Of a stretch of DNA of 64,000 nt, positions 58,919 to 64,000 are shown piece by piece (position 1 is the stretch's first letter; every line of letters starts with the position of its first letter). A program made the translations under genes and the position numbers. The DNA is from a virus (taxonomy: Duplodnaviria > Heunggongvirae > Uroviricota > Caudoviricetes), in the IMG/VR virus record IMGVR_UViG_3300005805_000069, positions 15,442-79,441 of that record; one strand, 5' to 3'. Below the pieces are notes generated by a model, which did no database searches, was not told where the DNA came from, and saw nothing but the letters and a program-made list of their open reading frames with translations.

Positions 58919-59629
58919 ATGGAATGGGAAAAATTCAAGGATAAGTTTCACGAGAGCTGGCATGCTAAAATGAGGCCATTTATTGAGAGCAATGAATGTG
59001 ACGCTATCTATGAGTTTCTCAAGAAAGAAAGTAAGAGGGGCAAGCAAATTGCTCCTCTTTCTTCTAACGTGTATAGAGCGTTCAAAGAAACTCCTCTAGA
59101 TGAACTAAAGGTGGTGTTGATGGGTATGTGTCCCTATCACACGTTTAAAAACGGAGAACCTGTAGCTGATGGCCTACTTATGGGCTGTTCTACAACAGGC
59201 TATCCACAGCCCTCATTAGACAAGTTCTATGACGCAATGGAAAAAGAATTCCATAACGGGCTCAACCTTAAAAGACACAAAGATCCAGATGTTAGCTATT
59301 TGGCTAAACAAGGCGTTTTAATGCTTAACGCAGCACTCACAGTGGAAATGAACAAAGCAGGCTCTCATAGTGATATTTGGGAACCATTTACGGTTTATTT
59401 GCTTGAGCATGTGCTAGACACATCTGGTGTACCATTCATCTTTCTAGGCAAGGATGCAGCTAAATACGAGCGCTACATACCTCCATTCACTTGGTCATTC
59501 ACTGTATCACATCCAGCCAGTGCTTCCTACAAACAAACAGATTGGGAAACAGACGGTGTATTTAAGAAAGTGAATGAAATACTTAAACAAAACAACAACT
59601 TTGAGATAGGTTGGCTGAACATTAAATAA
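58919..59629 (+). CDS. Uracil-DNA glycosylase family-1 homolog with altered motif A (GMCPYH instead of GQDPYH), 236 aa
   Basis: VVLMGMCPYHTF...GLLMGCS...PQPSLDKFY aligns to UNG [28 protein letters not shown]. Motif B is VSHPASASY (compare HPSPLS). Confidence 0.7.
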   Translation: MEWEKFKDKFHESWHAKMRPFIESNECDAIYEFLKKESKRGKQIAPLSSNVYRAFKETPLDELKVVLMGMCPYHTFKNGEPVADGLLMGCSTTGYPQPSLDKFYDAMEKEFHNGLNLKRHKDPDVSYLAKQGVLMLNAALTVEMNKAGSHSDIWEPFTVYLLEHVLDTSGVPFIFLGKDAAKYERYIPPFTWSFTVSHPASASYKQTDWETDGVFKKVNEILKQNNNFEIGWLNIK

Positions 59630-59638
59630 TTTAATTTT

Positions 59639-59950
59639 ATGGAAATCGATGTAACACAACTCCAAATGGGAGATGAGTTCCTCTATTCTGTACAGGGAAC
59701 TCTTGCTAGAGCAAAGGTGATTAGACCTGTAATGCCAAGAAAGGTGCAACCTTCATGGAATCCACTGAATAGAGTATCTTATAAATCAGTGAAGTGTATA
59801 GTGGCTATGAAAGAAAAATCTTACACTACAAACTGGAATGGTAATACACGTACATGGACCAGGAAAGAATACAATGCCTCAGAAGAGTACACAACAGAGA
59901 AATACGTAGATCTCAATCACAGAAACATTTGGTTAATTAAAAGAAACTAA
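59639..59950 (+). CDS. Hypothetical protein, 103 aa
   Basis: ORF. Confidence 0.4.
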   Translation: MEIDVTQLQMGDEFLYSVQGTLARAKVIRPVMPRKVQPSWNPLNRVSYKSVKCIVAMKEKSYTTNWNGNTRTWTRKEYNASEEYTTEKYVDLNHRNIWLIKRN

Positions 59951-59951
59951 C

Positions 59952-62273
59952 ATGATCTTAGAAAGACAGAAAGAAGCACTCGTTCACCAAGAAGGTGAAA
60001 CACAAGAATCGATTGGAATGTCCCTAGACTTAGACTCTGCACAGGTGCTCATGCAGATGCTTAGTAAGAATCTGTATTCAGATGCAATAGGATCCACTAT
60101 TCGTGAGTGTGCGTCTAATGCACTAGACTCTCACAGAAGAGCAGGAACAGACAAACCTATTATTGTTTCTGTTGGAAGAAACAAAGAAGACAACTATGAA
60201 TTCTCTGTAGAGGATTTCGGTACAGGGCTAGATGCTGAGGACGTAAAGACCATCATCAGCAAATATGGTAAGAGCACAAAGCGTAACAGCACTACAGAAC
60301 TAGGCATGATGGGGCTAGGATTTAAGGCCCCACTAGCATATGCATCAAGCTTTTATTTTATCTGTCGTAAGGATGGAATGGAAAGAAAATATATGATGTA
60401 TGAAGGTGAGGATGTCAACACAATTGATCTCCTATATGAAACACCCACAGATCAGCCTAATGGTGTCAAGGTGATTGTACCCTTCAAGTATTATGATAGG
60501 TATAACTTTGAGACCAAGACCAGAGAGCAGCTCGCTTATTTTAAGAACGTGTATTTCAATGTGGATGGTATTAGTAACAACTTCACTATTACACGTCATG
60601 AGCACTTTCAGTTCTCTGAGCTAGCTTCTAATCGCTATTTACACTTATGTCTGGATGATGTCTATTATCCAATTGATTTTGGTAAGCTGGGTATAGACAT
60701 AATTGCTCTTCCTGTAGCTTTGAGGTTTAGTCTGACGGATGGAATATTCCCCACTCCTAACAGGGAATCCATCAGATATACACAAGAGGCCAAGACTGTC
60801 ATTCTGGAGAAGCTTAAGAACGCTTCCAACTACTTCATTGAGAAATACAATGAAACAGTGAAGGAAACCACAGATCTGAAAAGAGTGATTGACTATTTCA
60901 GTGTAGACAATCGCTATTTGAAGATAGGTAAAACTGCATGGGATATACATCCTCTAGCTAAGTTTGCCACTGTGAAAATAGCTACGCCTAAACTAAAAGG
61001 CATAGAACTTCTAGACTTACAGCGCTTGGTAAAGCTACAAGACTATATCCTTGGTGAGTATGAGGGTAAGTATTTTGTCAATAGCAAAACCATGCGTGAT
61101 ACTAAACGCTATTATCAGTGTACATCCATCAGAAATCTTAAGCACACAGTGTATGTCTATTATGGAGACAAGATTCCTGGCTTAAAGAAGGACTACATCA
61201 AGAGTTTGCAACCTGATCATTACACAGATGCGTTGATTGTTAAGAAGACTAGATCATTTCCTCTACGTAACAAGAATGCACGTGGAGATTATGATAACTA
61301 TTACACACTCCTCAACCTGAAGGACTATCCAAAGGAAAAGTGGAGAGCTATAATTCAGGAGTTCCAGTCTATTGTAAACAGCTATGTTGATAATTTCATC
61401 AGCATTGACACAATGGAGGTTCCTCAGGAGTTTATTGATAATAGAACCAGGCAGAGAATAAGCACAGGTGTAATCAAGGGAACAGGTGTTGCTACAGGTC
61501 CTAAGCGTGTTAAGCTGAAGGGTGAGATGATATGTAAACAAGCTGAACCTCTAGAGCGCTGGGTGGATGGTAAGAACTGTAAGTGGGTGAGCAAAACCTA
61601 TGACATGGCTAAATTCCACCAGAACAAGTTCATATTTGTCTATGGTAAGCAGGAAGATGCTGAGAAAATGGACAAGTGGTTCAAGGCTACACGGGGTCTT
61701 AACGTGGAGCTAGCTGTTCTTAGTGACAGAGAAACCAAGCTTGTAGAGAAGATAGAATTACATAACATAATACCATTCAGTAAGTTTATGGAAGGAAAGA
61801 ATAAACCATTCCAAAGAATAGTCACAGCATGTCTGATTGATCAGATGTATGATAAGTATAGAAGTATTTTCAATCAACGTCACTATCTCACAGGTATTTC
61901 TACTGATTTGTTTGATAAGATTGAACTTCTTAACAATTATAAAGTGAACAACTTCAAGGATGTGAATGATGAATTCAGAAATGTTATAGTGGAACATGCA
62001 AAGGAAATCAAACAGTTTGATCCAGAGATCTATCCTGTTTATCTACAGATGGATGCTGTCTTTAGTAGACTTTCGTTCCTTGATGCTGTACTTTCTAACA
62101 TGCGTCATTACAACAGAGAAACTGACCCAATGAGACAAGCTCTTATAGATTTATTCAAATACCATAAGCATAGAATAGACTGGAAGAATTACAACATCCG
62201 TTTCAATGAAGACATCCCTTTAGAGAATCCGCTAACAACGGAAACTGTTGAAGAATTAATGAGTCAAGATTAA
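59952..62273 (+). CDS. GHKL (Bergerat-fold) ATPase, 773 aa; rIIA-like candidate
   Basis: N-box RECASNALDSH (ExxxNxxD), G1 box VEDFGTGLD, G2 box MMGLGFKA. Size and architecture resemble phage rIIA. Confidence 0.55.
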   Translation: MILERQKEALVHQEGETQESIGMSLDLDSAQVLMQMLSKNLYSDAIGSTIRECASNALDSHRRAGTDKPIIVSVGRNKEDNYEFSVEDFGTGLDAEDVKTIISKYGKSTKRNSTTELGMMGLGFKAPLAYASSFYFICRKDGMERKYMMYEGEDVNTIDLLYETPTDQPNGVKVIVPFKYYDRYNFETKTREQLAYFKNVYFNVDGISNNFTITRHEHFQFSELASNRYLHLCLDDVYYPIDFGKLGIDIIALPVALRFSLTDGIFPTPNRESIRYTQEAKTVILEKLKNASNYFIEKYNETVKETTDLKRVIDYFSVDNRYLKIGKTAWDIHPLAKFATVKIATPKLKGIELLDLQRLVKLQDYILGEYEGKYFVNSKTMRDTKRYYQCTSIRNLKHTVYVYYGDKIPGLKKDYIKSLQPDHYTDALIVKKTRSFPLRNKNARGDYDNYYTLLNLKDYPKEKWRAIIQEFQSIVNSYVDNFISIDTMEVPQEFIDNRTRQRISTGVIKGTGVATGPKRVKLKGEMICKQAEPLERWVDGKNCKWVSKTYDMAKFHQNKFIFVYGKQEDAEKMDKWFKATRGLNVELAVLSDRETKLVEKIELHNIIPFSKFMEGKNKPFQRIVTACLIDQMYDKYRSIFNQRHYLTGISTDLFDKIELLNNYKVNNFKDVNDEFRNVIVEHAKEIKQFDPEIYPVYLQMDAVFSRLSFLDAVLSNMRHYNRETDPMRQALIDLFKYHKHRIDWKNYNIRFNEDIPLENPLTTETVEELMSQD

Positions 62274-62293
62274 ATTACATTAAAAAATAACAC

Positions 62294-63787
62294 ATGAGTA
62301 TTTTTAGCCTCAACTGGTTTAAATCTAGAAAAGAAAAAGAAATAGAAGAATTAAAGCATGAAATCAAGCTGAAAGAATTACAAAAGAGACTTGATAGCAT
62401 GGACACGCCTGCTCCACAAGTTTCATGGACTGTTTCACCATCTTATGCAGTGAGCGATGTAAAACCATACAAGAATATCAAATTGGTGAATGACATGCTC
62501 ACTATTGTTCTGAATGATGGTTCTATTATCAGCAAACCTGGTGCCACTAATGATGACTTTCAATATGCTCGTAAGGCAAGTACAGAGCAACAACTACTAA
62601 ACCTTGTTGCTAGTCAGGAGGTTATTGCAGAAAGAAAGAAAAGAGAAGCAGAAATAGCTAAATCCAAAGCTCTTAAGAATGGTATTGATAGACTGGTCCA
62701 TCTCAGAGACTTCCGTAAGGATGGTGATTCTGTCTACCTGGTGGGCGTAGATAGATCTTTACCACAGCTGCTGGTAGAGGAATTTATTACACTGGCTGAT
62801 AAGTATCATTTCAATCAGGAACTCCTTGATGAAAACGATGAGTATCAATCACTTAAGCGCTTCTTTATGTGGTGCTGCCTCAATCCAAGAGCAGAAGTGG
62901 CAGATAAGCTATACAACTTCCTCAAGAAGAACGCATTCAAGATCACCAAGCAGGGCTTCTTTGTCGCACTCAGGAACGTAGTAACGCTCCACGGATCTAC
63001 AGAGCTGGTTCAGTTTGTGAGCAATGCATACAACAAGGTGAAGGCTGTATGGAAGAAGAGCCCAGATGATTATACAGTGTTCTTGAAGGATGGTGAATAT
63101 AAGTTTGTACATAACAATGACCTATCTGAAACCTTTACGTGTGAATATTGTGATGGTTTTGGATATGATGAAGATGTTGCAGATGATGAATGTTGTGAAT
63201 GTGGAGGATCTGGACAGTGTGAAGCTTTTGTAAATCATGGTGAAAGAATAGGTGGTCTAACAGAACTCTATCTTGATTTGCCTAATAGGGTAGAGAATAG
63301 ATTCACAGATGCGCACACACATACATTTGACATCCGTGTTGGTAAGGCTGTAAGCATGGATCCTAAATCATGTCGTTGGAATACAGACGATTGTGGTGCT
63401 GAAGGTTTGCATTTCACCTCTGATGAGATTCATTATGTAGGATGTGGAGATCAGTCTGTGCTAGTGCTCATTAACCCAATGAAGGTGGTGGGTATAGGTG
63501 AATCCAAGGGTAGATGCTGGGAATATCTCCCAATCATGACTGTTCCTCGTGAGGAAGCTACATCTATCCTCCATGATTTGGACTTTGACACTTTGCAGCT
63601 AGATGACAGCTATGCTATTCGTGAGCTTGAGAATCTGACAGAAAAGGCAAAAGATGGATTTGTTGCTGAGAGCAAGAAGCATGAATTCAACATGCCTCAT
63701 ATATCATCAGCAGAGATTGAGAACATCGTTGCTTCTCTTGATCAGATGAAGAGTGAGATAAGCAAGCGCATTGTGCCTCTTGATTAA
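62294..63787 (+). CDS. Protein with DnaJ-like CxxCxGxG zinc finger, 497 aa; possible partner of the GHKL ATPase
   Basis: CEYCDGFGYDEDVADDECCECGGSGQCEAF. Confidence 0.45.
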   Translation: MSIFSLNWFKSRKEKEIEELKHEIKLKELQKRLDSMDTPAPQVSWTVSPSYAVSDVKPYKNIKLVNDMLTIVLNDGSIISKPGATNDDFQYARKASTEQQLLNLVASQEVIAERKKREAEIAKSKALKNGIDRLVHLRDFRKDGDSVYLVGVDRSLPQLLVEEFITLADKYHFNQELLDENDEYQSLKRFFMWCCLNPRAEVADKLYNFLKKNAFKITKQGFFVALRNVVTLHGSTELVQFVSNAYNKVKAVWKKSPDDYTVFLKDGEYKFVHNNDLSETFTCEYCDGFGYDEDVADDECCECGGSGQCEAFVNHGERIGGLTELYLDLPNRVENRFTDAHTHTFDIRVGKAVSMDPKSCRWNTDDCGAEGLHFTSDEIHYVGCGDQSVLVLINPMKVVGIGESKGRCWEYLPIMTVPREEATSILHDLDFDTLQLDDSYAIRELENLTEKAKDGFVAESKKHEFNMPHISSAEIENIVASLDQMKSEISKRIVPLD

Positions 63788-63794
63788 TATATTT

Positions 63795-63842
63795 GGAGAG
63801 TGTCCTAATATTTCGTATATTTGGGACACTCCCCTTTTTATA
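63795..63842 (+). terminator. Terminator-like hairpin (gagtgtcc ... ggacactc) followed by ccttttta
   Basis: Inverted repeat directly after the stop codon. Confidence 0.45.
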
Positions 63843-63853
63843 AACCATTGATT

Positions 63854-64000
63854 ATGAGGAAGAAAAGCGCTCCTAAGAAGCCACGCGTAGCTAAACCTAG
63901 AAATGCTGGCACTATGACAGAATCAGCATTTTGGTCTTTTATTCGCAGCGCTCTTAGGCAAAAGAGCAGATTTTGGAAGCCAATATTGCAATGCAAGTTG
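63854..64000 (+). CDS. Partial ORF (N-terminus MRKKSAPKKPRVAKPRNAGTMTESAFWSF...), continues beyond the window
   Basis: Open frame from the ATG at 63854 to the window end. Basic N-terminus. Confidence 0.35.
   Translation, partial: MRKKSAPKKPRVAKPRNAGTMTESAFWSFIRSALRQKSRFWKPILQCKL

Noticed and set aside
1-64000. Diversity-generating retroelement at the fibre genes, or integrase/lysogeny module
   Set aside because: No reverse-transcriptase motif (YxDD), no template/variable repeat pair, and no tyrosine or serine recombinase signature found in any ORF of the window.

Overview
This window looks like a contiguous piece of a large tailed dsDNA phage genome (probably >64 kb). It is AT-rich and carries Bacteroidetes-type promoter motifs (-33 TTTG / -7 TAnnTTTG). 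It is organised as two divergent transcription blocks separated by non-coding regulatory regions at about 41.7-42.3 kb and 42.8-44.1 kb.

The minus-strand block runs from ~41.7 kb down to position 1 and is a late/structural operon. Its first gene encodes an HTH protein, followed by five small ORFs, one of them a zinc ribbon. Next come the large terminase and a portal candidate. Then comes an SPFH/band-7 protein, sitting where a prohead protease would normally be. Candidate scaffold and major capsid genes follow, and then several tail or structural proteins. There are two tail fibres, one with a tail-collar domain and one collagen-like with a C-terminal S74 intramolecular-chaperone domain. A calcineurin-like metallophosphoesterase sits inside the structural module. 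After that come a 1633-aa fibre-like protein and two shorter receptor-binding-like proteins that share an N-terminal domain and poly-Thr linkers. The block ends with four very large proteins, probably virion or ejection proteins (875, 1067 and 782 aa, plus one of at least 1591 aa that runs off the window start).

The plus-strand block (42.3-64 kb) is an early/replication module. It starts with a string of small accessory genes, including an HTH regulator, a free-standing HNH endonuclease, a lipoprotein and a strongly acidic protein. Replication genes follow. These are a family-B DNA polymerase with proofreading motifs, a DnaB-family helicase domain protein, an SF2 DEIH helicase, a P-loop ATPase, a putative SSB, a Toprim primase-like protein and a UDG-fold protein with an altered catalytic motif. 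Next come a GHKL (Bergerat-fold) ATPase that may be rIIA-like, and a protein with a DnaJ-like zinc finger.

I found no integrase, tRNA, CRISPR array, reverse transcriptase or recognisable endolysin in the window. Every family assignment comes from motifs read by eye and needs HMM or BLAST confirmation.
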